Positions 1 to 9,849 of a stretch of DNA of 64,000 nt are shown piece by piece (the stretch's first letter is position 1; each line of letters starts with the position of its first letter). Position numbers and translations under genes: made by a program. Source of the DNA: Clostridia bacterium (GTDB lineage: Bacteria > Bacillota > Clostridia > Christensenellales > UBA1242); contig JAEDFU010000004.1 of assembly GCA_016297915.1 (NCBI GenBank), positions 1,544 to 65,543 on the forward strand, written 5' to 3'. The notes beneath the pieces were generated by a model. The model did no database searches. It was not told the origin of the DNA and saw only the letters and a list, made by a program, of their open reading frames with translations.

Positions 1-584
1 TGGAGCACGGAGTATATTTGCGACCACATTTTGCCACGCTCAATTATAAAGTACTCCATAAAGATATAATCTTTGGCACTCGACAAGTCTACTAAAAGAC
101 TATCCAAAAAGTCCTCACCACAACTTAAAAATTTGGTATTTGTATTTTTGTAAGGAACAAAACCAGTAGTCCTATAAATGTAATTAAATACCCCACTCGC
201 ATCTTTGAAATCAGTTGTAATAAGTTTTTGAACATCGCTAGATAATTGAATATTCTTGCCAAATTGATTGAATGTATATTCTGAGTACTTTTTTACTTTT
301 TTTGGAATTTTTATTTTCAAAAACAAGAAACAAAACGCAACTCCAACCAGTGGCATCAAAATACACAAAATTACTAGTGGTAGTTGCCCCTCTATTATCA
401 TATCCGAATTGATAATCGCAAGCACAACAAAAAGTGCAATTATAGACAAAACTATATTAATCGGAACAATTTGAAAGCTCTCAGATATAACAAGCGGAAA
501 AACTATATACAAAACAAGTTGCATAAGTATTGCAAGACAAATAAGAGTAAACCTGCTAAATATTAATTTTAAACACTTTTTCAT
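1..584 (-). CDS. cls: cardiolipin synthase (PLD family), N-terminal part; 3' end lies beyond the left window edge
   Basis: Not in the ORF track (no stop in window). Manual translation from ATG at 584 gives MKKCLKLIFSRFTLICLAILMQLVLYIVFPLV...INSDMIIEGQLPLVILCILMPLVGVAFCFLF (two TM helices). This is followed by FLSCGEDFLDSLLVDLSSAKDYIFMEYFIIERGKMWSQIYSVL, the usual bacterial Cls layout. AAAGG SD about 6 nt upstream. Confidence 0.7.
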   Translation of the reverse strand, partial: MKKCLKLIFSRFTLICLAILMQLVLYIVFPLVISESFQIVPINIVLSIIALFVVLAIINSDMIIEGQLPLVILCILMPLVGVAFCFLFLKIKIPKKVKKYSEYTFNQFGKNIQLSSDVQKLITTDFKDASGVFNYIYRTTGFVPYKNTNTKFLSCGEDFLDSLLVDLSSAKDYIFMEYFIIERGKMWSQIYSVL

Positions 585-1020
585 AAAAAACCTTTTGATT
601 TAGTTTGCAAATATTTTAAGCGTATTATAACATATTTTGAGACAATTCATAATTAAAAACTATAATTTTTGGATTTTTTATAATCTCAAATTTTTAGAAA
701 TTATACTAAAAATTAAGTTGTAATATTTAGTTAATGTCAACTGTAAGTATATCTTCCCCAAATACAACAAAACAAATTTAAGGAATGAGTATTGCATTTT
801 TTGGAAATGTGCACTAAAATGTCACGGTATAAAAAAATTATTTTTTTGCCTACACTTGACACACTTGTTTTGAGCAAAATGGAAGAAGGCAAATATTTGA
901 GCATTAATTGTGTAAACTAACTCAAAATCCTTGCTCCCTATATCACAGCTGAAACTAACTTTTTTAGCTCTTGAAAACAAGTTAAATGAAAACCAAATGG
1001 AACAAAATTAATTATTTGAA

Positions 1021-1058
1021 GCAAAAGCAAAAAGACACACTTAAATAAGCGTGTCTTT
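1021..1058 (-). terminator. rho-independent terminator downstream of gltX
   Basis: Stem AAGACAC (1032-1038) / GTGTCTT (1051-1057). On the minus strand it is followed by UUUUUGCUUUUGC. Starts 10 nt after the gltX stop. Confidence 0.7.
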
Positions 1059-1067
1059 TTTGTATAA

Positions 1068-2732
1068 TTATACATTGAGTTCTGCCTTTAAAATATCTAG
1101 TCTACGATACAATTCGTCTTTGCCAAGTACACAACAGATTGAGAACAAATCTGGTGTATTGGTTTTTCCTGTAAACGCATATCTAATAATATTACACAAA
1201 CTAGCCACATTTCCATTATATTTGCTTGGGTCTTGTTTGTAAAGTTTGTTATCTACGCAAAAGTTGTTGTTTTCTGCAAGCTTTTTTACTCTTTCAAACC
1301 AATCAGTCTTGTCCAAATCACTCTCAAAGAGTACAATATAAGTTTGCAATATTTTGCATAATAATGCATTGTCTATGCCTGTAATTTGCGAGAAATCGTG
1401 CTCTATATTTTCGAAATTATCAAACATATAATTGTAGTATTCCCTAACCATAGACCATTTGAAGATATCTTTTCTAGGTTTTGGGGTGTCTCTTTCGATA
1501 CTTAGAACATCTATTGCATATTGCTCGTTTGATTTCAACATCTCAGCAAACTCTGTATCATAATCCTCCGCCCAAGCAAGCAACTGATTATAAACATTGC
1601 TAGCCGAAAGCCTTGATATATATTCTTTGGATACATCGTTTAGTTTGACCATATCAAACATTGGGTTTCCACTGCCAATTTTTTCGAGTTTAAATGGAAA
1701 TTCGTGATAATCAGTATTTGGATTTTCCTTTCGCCACATTTCAAAATCACTGTTAAGTAGATTTAGTAAATATTCCTTAACAGCAATTATTGGATAACCG
1801 TCTTGTACAAAGTACATACAGTTAGCTTCAGGATCTTTTCGCTTACTTAATTTTCTCTTTTTGCCATCATCCAATTTGCAAATGTTTGGAGTATGCACAT
1901 AAGGAATAAGATTAAAGCCAAATTTTTGAAAAATTTCAATGTGACTTGCAACCGACTGATACCAATCCTCTCCACGAACAATCATTGTTGTTCCCATAAG
2001 AGTATCATCAACAGCGTGAGCAAACGAATAAACTGGGATACCATTACTCTTGATAAGAACCACATCCTTACCATTTTCCCTTATCTCTCTCTTGCCCTTG
2101 ATTAAATCATGAATTTCAAAAGTTTTGTCCGGATTACCGGTAGAAAGCAGTCTTAGAGCAAATGGTTTGCCAGCGTTAAGATTTTCCTCAATATCATCGA
2201 GAGTCAAATTTCTACATACATCATGGTCAATTGTATCGTTGTTTTGCTCAATTTCTTGTTCTCTCTTAGCTACTATATCCTCTTTGTCCTCAAGTTTGGA
2301 ACAAAAACAAGGATAAGCTCCGCCTCTTGACACCAAGTACTTAGCAAAAGCCCTATAGATATCCAATCTTTTGCTTTGTACATAAGGCCCATAAATCCCC
2401 TTTTCAGGTTCATTTCCTCTATAGCCTTCCATAGGGATGATATCAAATTTGCCAAGAGCTTTGTACAATAGGTCTCCGGCATTTTCAATCTCTCTTTTCT
2501 GATCTGTATCCTCAAGCCTTAAATAAAACACACTCGATGGAGTCTTAGCAAGCATTTCGTGCAATACACACTGAAATAATCCACCAATATGCAAGTATCC
2601 TGTTGGACTAGGTGCAAATCTTGTTACAACACCGTCTTTGAGAAGTGGTCTACTTGGATACTTAGCAAAATAGTAATTAATATCATCATTTACATTGGGA
2701 TAAAGCAAATCTGCTAATTTATTAAAGTCCAT
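1068..2732 (-). CDS. gltX: glutamate--tRNA ligase (class I aaRS)
   Basis: RFAPSPTGYLHIGG (HIGH motif), KLSKR (KMSKS motif), GluRS-type catalytic core. Confidence 0.9.
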   Translation of the reverse strand: MDFNKLADLLYPNVNDDINYYFAKYPSRPLLKDGVVTRFAPSPTGYLHIGGLFQCVLHEMLAKTPSSVFYLRLEDTDQKREIENAGDLLYKALGKFDIIPMEGYRGNEPEKGIYGPYVQSKRLDIYRAFAKYLVSRGGAYPCFCSKLEDKEDIVAKREQEIEQNNDTIDHDVCRNLTLDDIEENLNAGKPFALRLLSTGNPDKTFEIHDLIKGKREIRENGKDVVLIKSNGIPVYSFAHAVDDTLMGTTMIVRGEDWYQSVASHIEIFQKFGFNLIPYVHTPNICKLDDGKKRKLSKRKDPEANCMYFVQDGYPIIAVKEYLLNLLNSDFEMWRKENPNTDYHEFPFKLEKIGSGNPMFDMVKLNDVSKEYISRLSASNVYNQLLAWAEDYDTEFAEMLKSNEQYAIDVLSIERDTPKPRKDIFKWSMVREYYNYMFDNFENIEHDFSQITGIDNALLCKILQTYIVLFESDLDKTDWFERVKKLAENNNFCVDNKLYKQDPSKYNGNVASLCNIIRYAFTGKTNTPDLFSICCVLGKDELYRRLDILKAELNV

Positions 2733-2749
2733 ATTTCTCCTTTTTTTGT

Positions 2750-3847
2750 TTACGCAACAATTAGTGACAAGTCATAGATTAGTTTTGCGAAGGTATTTGT
2801 TACAAAGTCATCTAAATACACAAGTGATGCTTTTTTTGATTTGGTTAAAGTATCCAAATAACTACCATAATCAACACCAGCAATAAGACCAAACTTATAT
2901 TGCGCTATTTTGTAAATATCTTGTTCGTTATAGGTACTTACATATGTTTTGAGTCTCTGATTAAAGACACTACAGCTATACAAATAGTTATTTACCAATT
3001 CCATAATATTGTCATGTGCAGTCCCCTCGTCATCTAAGCCTGCAATAACTGTTGGAGATAGAGTTTTGATTGTATTTAGATTGTCTATAAGCGAAAATTT
3101 ATTTGAATTCATTACAATCGAATCCAAATCGTCAGCAATCCCCTTTGACCCTACCGAATAGTCGAAAGCCTTGAAATTGTTTAAATAAACAATGTATGCA
3201 ATATCTACATAAGTCTTTTCAATCTTGGTTTCCAGAGGCGATGCTGCAATTGCATCAGGATTAGAAACACAATACTTGTTGTTAAGATTGATAAATTTGT
3301 AAATAAAGTCGAACGACTTGTCTATAACCCTATTAAGTTCAAATGAATAATTAGAAAGATTAAATTCCATTACATTGCTAACGCCACCCTTAGTTGCATC
3401 ACAGAATGTATTGTAAGCATTTTTGAAAGTTGCAAGTTGTGACTTGAGAGCTTGCAAACTATTATACAAGTCATTCATCTCATTTTTGTCATATTTTGCA
3501 CTTGACATCTTCAAATAAAAATTCTCTTGATTTTTTTCGTAATAATTAAAGATATTATCCAAAATCTTTTGCTGATAGCCAAGAACCACATATTTTTTGG
3601 CAAGTTTATTCGAAGGCAATGTTGCATTAATTACATTTTTGACATCCGCCTCATAATTGATAACTATAGAATTTGGTCTAGTCTCGTCCGAAAAGAACTT
3701 ATTATCGCCCTCAACGACACATACTTCCTTTGTTTGAGTATACAATTTATTTAGGTCTTGAGACTTATAATCATCTCCACAACCACACAAACAAACCAAA
3801 GCTACCAGCGGAAGAACAAGTAAACTAAAAAACTTTTTCATACACAC
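2750..3847 (-). CDS. lipoprotein of unknown function
   Basis: Signal peptide plus lipobox MKKFFSLLVLPLVALVCLCGCGDD. Helical N/Y/K-rich mature part. No recognisable domain. Confidence 0.6.
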   Translation of the reverse strand: MCMKKFFSLLVLPLVALVCLCGCGDDYKSQDLNKLYTQTKEVCVVEGDNKFFSDETRPNSIVINYEADVKNVINATLPSNKLAKKYVVLGYQQKILDNIFNYYEKNQENFYLKMSSAKYDKNEMNDLYNSLQALKSQLATFKNAYNTFCDATKGGVSNVMEFNLSNYSFELNRVIDKSFDFIYKFINLNNKYCVSNPDAIAASPLETKIEKTYVDIAYIVYLNNFKAFDYSVGSKGIADDLDSIVMNSNKFSLIDNLNTIKTLSPTVIAGLDDEGTAHDNIMELVNNYLYSCSVFNQRLKTYVSTYNEQDIYKIAQYKFGLIAGVDYGSYLDTLTKSKKASLVYLDDFVTNTFAKLIYDLSLIVA

Positions 3848-3852
3848 ACCTC

Positions 3853-4851
3853 TTAGTATCCTAGCACATTAAGTACATATATAAGACTACTTTGTGCACC
3901 GATTACAATTTCACTCAAGTTTTGACCATCCGCCATCTGTTGTTTGGCTATGTTTTGTTTGCCAAGTGCTTTGTTATACTCGGACGAATACTTATTGCTT
4001 AGAGTATTATAACTATTCAAAAAGCCGTATTCTGTGTACTTTGTCGAAAAGATATTTACATTTTGATTAATCTTAATAATTTTGTCCAAAACCAAATGCA
4101 AATCGTGTGCATAATAAGGCTCTTCCATAATCTTAATACTAGACTTGGTTGCCACATTTAGACTACGGCCAAAACTATCCATTAATGCAAGCTTGGTATC
4201 AAAGATTGTTTGAGAATACTTAGCTTTGATTATTTCAAACATTTTGGCAATCAACTGAGATGCATTATTAAGACATTCTCTATATGTCACTCTTAAGTTT
4301 GAGTAGTTACCGAGCAAAACTTCCATTTCTGTATTTGTACCAGTAACCGTTGCTTGACACGAATTTAGATTGTCTATGTTATCACTTAGAGACTTATAAC
4401 TGCTTGTGTACTTTTTTGCAATTGATTTTAATTCCTTGGTCAAGCTATCAATTCCAGTTGTGTTTTTGATATAAGGAAGCAAACTAGATATAATATTATC
4501 CGCCTCTTGTTCCATTACTGTATAACTATCAAAGTAACATGTTACATTGCCACCCTCATCGTAGGTTGTAATTATAGTGTCAGATAACATTGTCTCTCTT
4601 AGAGATATAATAGACTTTTCGTTAGACGATGCACTCGAAAAAAGCTGCGACGCATCCTCACCATAATAATTGTATTTTCTCAAACTAATAAGTTTTTCTT
4701 TTGTTCCCAACGACTCTTTGTAGTCAACAATCTCACAAACTTTGTTATATGCGACTACTTCGTCTTTTTCCTTAAAGACAAACGCCCAAATGCCGAATGC
4801 TATAACTACTACAACACTGAGCGCTACGACTATTTTGACCCAAAACTTCAT
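3853..4851 (-). CDS. N-terminally membrane-anchored protein of unknown function
   Basis: Single N-terminal TM (KIVVALSVVVVIAFGIWAFVF). Ends 5 nt upstream of the lipoprotein gene. Weak similarity to it (MEVLLGNYSNLRV vs MEFNLSNYSFELNRV). Confidence 0.55.
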   Translation of the reverse strand: MKFWVKIVVALSVVVVIAFGIWAFVFKEKDEVVAYNKVCEIVDYKESLGTKEKLISLRKYNYYGEDASQLFSSASSNEKSIISLRETMLSDTIITTYDEGGNVTCYFDSYTVMEQEADNIISSLLPYIKNTTGIDSLTKELKSIAKKYTSSYKSLSDNIDNLNSCQATVTGTNTEMEVLLGNYSNLRVTYRECLNNASQLIAKMFEIIKAKYSQTIFDTKLALMDSFGRSLNVATKSSIKIMEEPYYAHDLHLVLDKIIKINQNVNIFSTKYTEYGFLNSYNTLSNKYSSEYNKALGKQNIAKQQMADGQNLSEIVIGAQSSLIYVLNVLGY

Positions 4852-4936
4852 ACTCTCTCCTAATCAATTGAATATGTTTACACAATTATCAATTATATTT
4901 TATCAAAGTTTGATATTGTCGTCAATGAAATCCCCT

Positions 4937-5671
4937 TTAGTATTCGACATTTTTGAGCACTAATCCTTTGGACGGCATAGTTTTGCCAGCCTGGTCTCTT
5001 GACTTTGACTCAATAACATCCTTTAGCTTTTCACACTGTAATTTGCCATAGCCAACATCAACAAGTGTTCCCATGATAATTCTCACCATGTTATACAAAA
5101 AGCCATTGCCAGTGATAACTAATTTGTATAGACCGCCACCCAAATCAACTATACTACAAAGATAAACTATTCTTACTTTGTCCTTAACCTCAGTGTTACT
5201 TGCACAAAAACTCGAAAAATCATGCTCACCCTCAAAATACTTACACGCTTCCCCCATAGCCTCAATATTTACATTTAGACCAATTTGTGTCGCAAATCTC
5301 TCGTAAACAGCATTTTGCATACCGCAGTAAAAGTAGTACTCATATGTTTTTTGCTTGGATGAATACCTTGCATGAAAGTCACTGCTACACTTATCTATCT
5401 CAAGCACCCTTATATCCTTGGGCAGTATTGCATTGAGATAAGATAGTGTCCTATGTTCGTTAATATCCTCATTGCAATCAAAGTGGCACACTTGACAAAT
5501 TGCTGACACACCAGCATCTGTTCTGCCTGACGCTACAATACTTATATCACTCTTCAAAACCTGTTTGAGTGCAGACTCCAACTCACCTTGAATAGTCACT
5601 TTGTCCTTTTGTATCTGAAATCCAGAATAATTTGCACCGTCGTAACTTATTTTTAGAACATATCTTTGCAT
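4937..5671 (-). CDS. truA: tRNA pseudouridine(38-40) synthase
   Basis: ISYDGANYSGFQIQ and catalytic GRTDAGVSA motif; 244 aa. Confidence 0.9.
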   Translation of the reverse strand: MQRYVLKISYDGANYSGFQIQKDKVTIQGELESALKQVLKSDISIVASGRTDAGVSAICQVCHFDCNEDINEHRTLSYLNAILPKDIRVLEIDKCSSDFHARYSSKQKTYEYYFYCGMQNAVYERFATQIGLNVNIEAMGEACKYFEGEHDFSSFCASNTEVKDKVRIVYLCSIVDLGGGLYKLVITGNGFLYNMVRIIMGTLVDVGYGKLQCEKLKDVIESKSRDQAGKTMPSKGLVLKNVEY

Positions 5672-5800
5672 AAATTTTCCTCATGGAATGAATTAAATCT
5701 AATTATACTTGTAATAATTAACTAGTCAATTTAATTTTAATACAAAATAGACAATTATTCAATTGTTTGAAAGGAATTTACACCAAAGATAGATAATTAT

Positions 5801-5829
5801 TTGACTAATTTTGTGCTAACAAATATAAT
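5801..5829 (+). promoter_or_regulatory. sigma-70-type promoter of the PFOR gene
   Basis: TTGACT (5801-5806), 17-nt spacer, TATAAT (5824-5829). The TTG that opens the ORF-track ORF is the -35 box. Confidence 0.7.
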
Positions 5830-5863
5830 GAGAATAGTACTTTTTATGACAAGGAGAAAAATA

Positions 5864-8800
5864 GTGAAAAAAATTACAATCGACGGAAATACCGCCGCAG
5901 CAACCATTGCTTATGCACTAAGCGAAGTTGCTACAATCTATCCAATAACACCTAGTTCTACTATGGCGGAGCTCTGTGACCAATGGGCGTCTGAGGGCAG
6001 AACAAATATCTTTGGACACAAAGTCAAAGTTGTAGAAATGCAATCCGAGGGTGGAGCTTCGGGAGCTTTGCACGGAAGTTTGTGTTCGGGAGCTTTGACT
6101 ACTACTTTTACAGCAAGCCAAGGACTGCTACTAATGATTCCTAATATGTACAAGATAGCTGGGGAACTCACCCCTTGTGTTATGCATGTAAGCGCTAGAG
6201 CACTTGCAACTCACGCTCTATCTATATTTGGTGACCATTCAGATGTTATGAGCATCAGACAAACTGGTTGGGCAATGCTTTGTGCATCTGGAGTTCAAGA
6301 GGTAATGGACATGGCACTTGTTGCACACTTGTCTACTCTTGAAAGCAGTGTTCCATTTGTACACTTCTTTGACGGATTTAGAACAAGTCACGAAATCAAT
6401 ACTATTGAAGATATTGATATTGAGAGCATCAAGACCTTAGTTCCTTATGACAAAATCAAAGATTTCAAAGCTAGAGCTCTAAATGCAAATAACCCTCATC
6501 AACAAGGAACTGCTCAAAACCCAGATATCTATTTCCAAAATAGAGAGACTGCCAATGAGTATTACATCAAGACCCCTGCTATTGTTCAAGATTACATGGA
6601 CAAAGTTGGCAAGATTACTGGCAGGCATTATCATTTGTTTGATTACTATGGCGACCCAAATGCCGAGGAAGTAATAGTAATTATGGGAAGTGGCGCTAAT
6701 ACTACAGAGGAAACTGTCAAGTATCTAAATTCCCAAAAAGGTCAAAAAGTTGGCGTAGTTGTAGTAAGACTATATAGACCTTTTGATACCAAGGCTTTTG
6801 TTGATGCACTCCCTAAGACTGTCAAGAATATTGCCGTACTAGATAGAACCAAAGAGCCAGGAAGCAATGGCGAACCTCTATACAAAGATGTTGTTTGTGC
6901 GCTTGCTGAACACAACTTTAAGGCAACTGTATATGGCGGAAGATACGGTCTTGGTAGCAAAGAATTCACTCCAACAATGGTTAACGCTGTTTACGAAAAT
7001 TTGCAAAGTTCCAATCCAAAAAACCACTTTACTGTAGGTATTAACGACGATTTAACTCATACAAGTTTGCCATTAATTAACAAAATCTACCCTAGTGACG
7101 AGAGCGTAACCGCATGCAAATTCTACGGCTTTGGTGGTGACGGAACAGTTAGTGCAAACAAGTCAAGTATCAAGATTATTGGAAACAATACAGACCTCAA
7201 TGGTCAAGCATACTTTGAGTATGATAGCAAAAAGAGCGGCAGTGCTACAATAAGCCACTTAAGATTTGGCAAAAACAAGATAAACGAGAGCTATTTGCTA
7301 GATAATATCGACTTTGTGGCTGTTCACAAAGAGGCTTATGTAAGCAAGTACAACCTACTTAACAATGTCAAAGAAAACGGAACACTACTTCTTAACACAG
7401 GCTGGAATTTGGATGACTTGGATGTAATGCTTCCAAACAGAATGAAAAAAGAAATCGCATCAAAACATATCAAATTCTACACAATTGATGCAGACAAGAT
7501 TGCTGGGGAAATTGGTCTAGGAAACAAAATAAATCTTGTTATGCAATCAGCATTCTTCAAACTTATTGGAATTATTCCAAGCGAACTAGCAGTATCTGAG
7601 ATGAAAAAATACGCCGAAAAGAGCTATGGTAGCAAGGGTCAAGCGGTTCTTGATATGAACTACAAAGCCATAGACAGCGGTGTCAATAATATTGTCGAAA
7701 TCAACTACCCAGCATCATGGGCAGATTTGAAAGATATGGAAGCAGTAATAGATAATAATTCCGAACAAGAATATTACGAAAAAATCATTAAACCTATATC
7801 TAGACTTGAAGGAAATGATTTGCCAGTAAGTGCATTTGACCCAAGAGGCATAGTTCCTACAAATACAGCTAGGTTCGAAAAGCGTGGAGTTGCAACTCAA
7901 CTTCCTTGTTGGCAAAGTGATAAATGTATTCAATGTAATATGTGTTCGTTTGTTTGCCCTCATGCAGCAATTAGACCACACCTTGTCAAACCTGAAAATC
8001 TAAATAATGCACCAGATGGCTTTAAGTCATCAAATGCTATGGCAGAAAAGAACCTTAAATTTGTAATGCAAGTAAGTTCCAAAGACTGTACTGGATGTGG
8101 CGTCTGTGCTAGTGTTTGCCCTGCCAAAGAAAAAGCGATTCTTATGCAAGATGCAACCAATCTTATGGAAAAAGAAAACAAAAACTACGAATTTGTAAAT
8201 TCTATTCCAAACGAAAAGAGTGGCGTATTTAAGCCAAATACTATCAAAGGCAGTCAGTACAACATGCCATACTTTGAGTTCTCAGGAGCATGCGCTGGAT
8301 GTGGAGAGACACCTTATCTTAAGGTTATTTCGCAAATGTTTGGCGATAGAATGGTTATTGCCAACGCTACTGGTTGCTCTAGTATCTATGGTGGCTCATC
8401 CCCTACTTGTCCATTTGTCAAAGACAAAAATGGTCATGGAATTGCTTGGGCAAATAGTTTGTTTGAGGACAACGCAGAATTTGGATATGGTATCAAAATT
8501 GGTCATCAAATCCAACAAGACAATTTGCGTGCAAATCTAAATAAAATTTATGATGCCGAACTAGACAGCGAACTTAATGAGTTAATCGAAGAATACTCAG
8601 GTTCTGACGAGACAAATCGTCAAAGAGAACTTGCCGAACTTATCACAAACAAACTACAAAACATTCAAGTTCCACAAGAACTAAAATGCACCAAGGAAGC
8701 AATTTTGACGGACAAAAATAACTTCTCTAACGAATCTATTTGGATTGTCGGTGGAGACGGCTGGGCATATGATATCGGTTACGGTGGTCTTGATCATGTA

Positions 8801-9382
8801 CTTGCAAGTGGCGAAAATGTTAATATCTTGGTGCTAGATACAGAGGTTTACTCTAATACAGGCGGACAAGCAAGCAAGGCAACTCCTATGGGTGCAATTG
8901 CCAAATTTGCTAGCAATGGTAAGCGTACTAACAAAAAAGATCTTGGCATGATTGCCGCTCAATACAAGAATGTTTATGTTGCCAAAGTTGCAATGGGTGC
9001 TGATATGAATCAATTCCTCAAAGCTATTGAAGAGGCAGAAAATTACAATGGCGTATCAATCATTATAGCTTACGCTCCTTGTATCAACCATGGAATCAAG
9101 ATGGAAAATAGCCAACTCGAAGAGAAAAAAGCTGTCGAGAGTGGTTACTGGCATTTGTATAGATACAATCCAATGCTCAAAGAACAAGGCAAAAACCCAT
9201 TTATTCTAGATAGCAAAGAACCTACTCTTGATTATGAGGAATTCCTAAAAGGCGAAACAAGATACAAATCCCTACTTGCTAAGGACGAGGAACTTGCCAA
9301 AGAACTATTTGAGGAAGCTAAGAGCAATGCTATCGACACATACAATCACTACAAAATGTTAGCAGAAAAAACAGATTTTTAG
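5864..9382 (+). CDS. nifJ: pyruvate:ferredoxin (flavodoxin) oxidoreductase, single-polypeptide PFOR
   Basis: 1172 aa from GTG 5864, preceded by AAGGAGA 7 nt upstream. N-terminus KKITIDGNTAAATIAYALSEVATIYPITPSS. Two 4Fe-4S ferredoxin motifs (CIQCNMCSFVCP, CTGCGVCASVCP). TPP motif GGDGWAYDIG. Confidence 0.93.
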   Translation: MKKITIDGNTAAATIAYALSEVATIYPITPSSTMAELCDQWASEGRTNIFGHKVKVVEMQSEGGASGALHGSLCSGALTTTFTASQGLLLMIPNMYKIAGELTPCVMHVSARALATHALSIFGDHSDVMSIRQTGWAMLCASGVQEVMDMALVAHLSTLESSVPFVHFFDGFRTSHEINTIEDIDIESIKTLVPYDKIKDFKARALNANNPHQQGTAQNPDIYFQNRETANEYYIKTPAIVQDYMDKVGKITGRHYHLFDYYGDPNAEEVIVIMGSGANTTEETVKYLNSQKGQKVGVVVVRLYRPFDTKAFVDALPKTVKNIAVLDRTKEPGSNGEPLYKDVVCALAEHNFKATVYGGRYGLGSKEFTPTMVNAVYENLQSSNPKNHFTVGINDDLTHTSLPLINKIYPSDESVTACKFYGFGGDGTVSANKSSIKIIGNNTDLNGQAYFEYDSKKSGSATISHLRFGKNKINESYLLDNIDFVAVHKEAYVSKYNLLNNVKENGTLLLNTGWNLDDLDVMLPNRMKKEIASKHIKFYTIDADKIAGEIGLGNKINLVMQSAFFKLIGIIPSELAVSEMKKYAEKSYGSKGQAVLDMNYKAIDSGVNNIVEINYPASWADLKDMEAVIDNNSEQEYYEKIIKPISRLEGNDLPVSAFDPRGIVPTNTARFEKRGVATQLPCWQSDKCIQCNMCSFVCPHAAIRPHLVKPENLNNAPDGFKSSNAMAEKNLKFVMQVSSKDCTGCGVCASVCPAKEKAILMQDATNLMEKENKNYEFVNSIPNEKSGVFKPNTIKGSQYNMPYFEFSGACAGCGETPYLKVISQMFGDRMVIANATGCSSIYGGSSPTCPFVKDKNGHGIAWANSLFEDNAEFGYGIKIGHQIQQDNLRANLNKIYDAELDSELNELIEEYSGSDETNRQRELAELITNKLQNIQVPQELKCTKEAILTDKNNFSNESIWIVGGDGWAYDIGYGGLDHVLASGENVNILVLDTEVYSNTGGQASKATPMGAIAKFASNGKRTNKKDLGMIAAQYKNVYVAKVAMGADMNQFLKAIEEAENYNGVSIIIAYAPCINHGIKMENSQLEEKKAVESGYWHLYRYNPMLKEQGKNPFILDSKEPTLDYEEFLKGETRYKSLLAKDEELAKELFEEAKSNAIDTYNHYKMLAEKTDF

Positions 9383-9464
9383 TCTTTAAAGAATTAATAT
9401 TTATCACAACAATTTAAGTAATTATGACTTTACTTTTGTATAATTTTGAATAGTACACAAAAAA

Positions 9465-9497
9465 ATACAGATATTCCCTAAATATCTGTATTTTTTG
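9465..9497 (+). terminator. rho-independent terminator of the PFOR gene
   Basis: Perfect 11-bp stem ATACAGATATT (9465-9475) / AATATCTGTAT (9481-9491) followed by a T-run. Confidence 0.8.
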
Positions 9498-9633
9498 TAT
9501 TTTGCATAGTACTTATTTTCTATTATTTTTAGTATGTCCCCACGACTTTTGTCAATCAAAAAACAACCAAATTCCCCAAATTTTTAGATTTTGACATATC
9601 ACAGTAATAGGGCTTTTTTGCACCAAATTTTGG

Positions 9634-9732
9634 CTACAAAAAAACACCGATTACAAAGTTACTATTGCTAAAATCACTTTGATATCAAAGCAATAAATGA
9701 AAATAAGTATTCCTTTTTGTAATTGGTGTTTT
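9634..9732 (-). terminator. compound long hairpin, candidate tkt terminator
   Basis: 17-nt arms AAAACACCGATTACAAA (9641-9657) / TTTGTAATTGGTGTTTT (9716-9732), one mismatch. They enclose an inner hairpin TATTGCT (9663-9669) / AGCAATA (9689-9695). On the minus strand a 7-U tract follows. Lies 118 nt after the tkt stop. Confidence 0.4.
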
Positions 9733-9849
9733 GCTGGGTCAAAAGTTACTGCAAAAGTACAATTTGTCAGTCACTGCCCAAATTTATAATGTTGACATAT
9801 AGGGCTCTATATGTTCATTACATTAGTAGGATATCTAAATTTTGATAAA

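Noticed and set aside
268-566. ORF-track ORFs 268-474(+) and 384-566(+)
   Set aside because: They are antisense to the convincingly coding partial cls gene (1-584, minus strand). They are low-complexity and have no SD.
841-1000. Possible ~53-codon minus-strand ORF with CxxC (…KCVKCRQKNNFFIP) in the 480-nt cls-gltX spacer
   Set aside because: It has only a TTG start with no SD and no recognisable family. It is probably non-coding promoter or spacer DNA.
5801-5863. TTG 5801 as the start of the PFOR gene
   Set aside because: TTGACT at 5801 is the -35 box of a consensus promoter (TATAAT at 5824). GTG 5864 has AAGGAGA upstream and gives the canonical PFOR N-terminus.
9707-9799. 30-codon plus-strand ORF MKISIPFCNWCFAGSKVTAKVQFVSHCPNL
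   Set aside because: It has no SD and overlaps the arm of the compound hairpin. It is most likely fortuitous.
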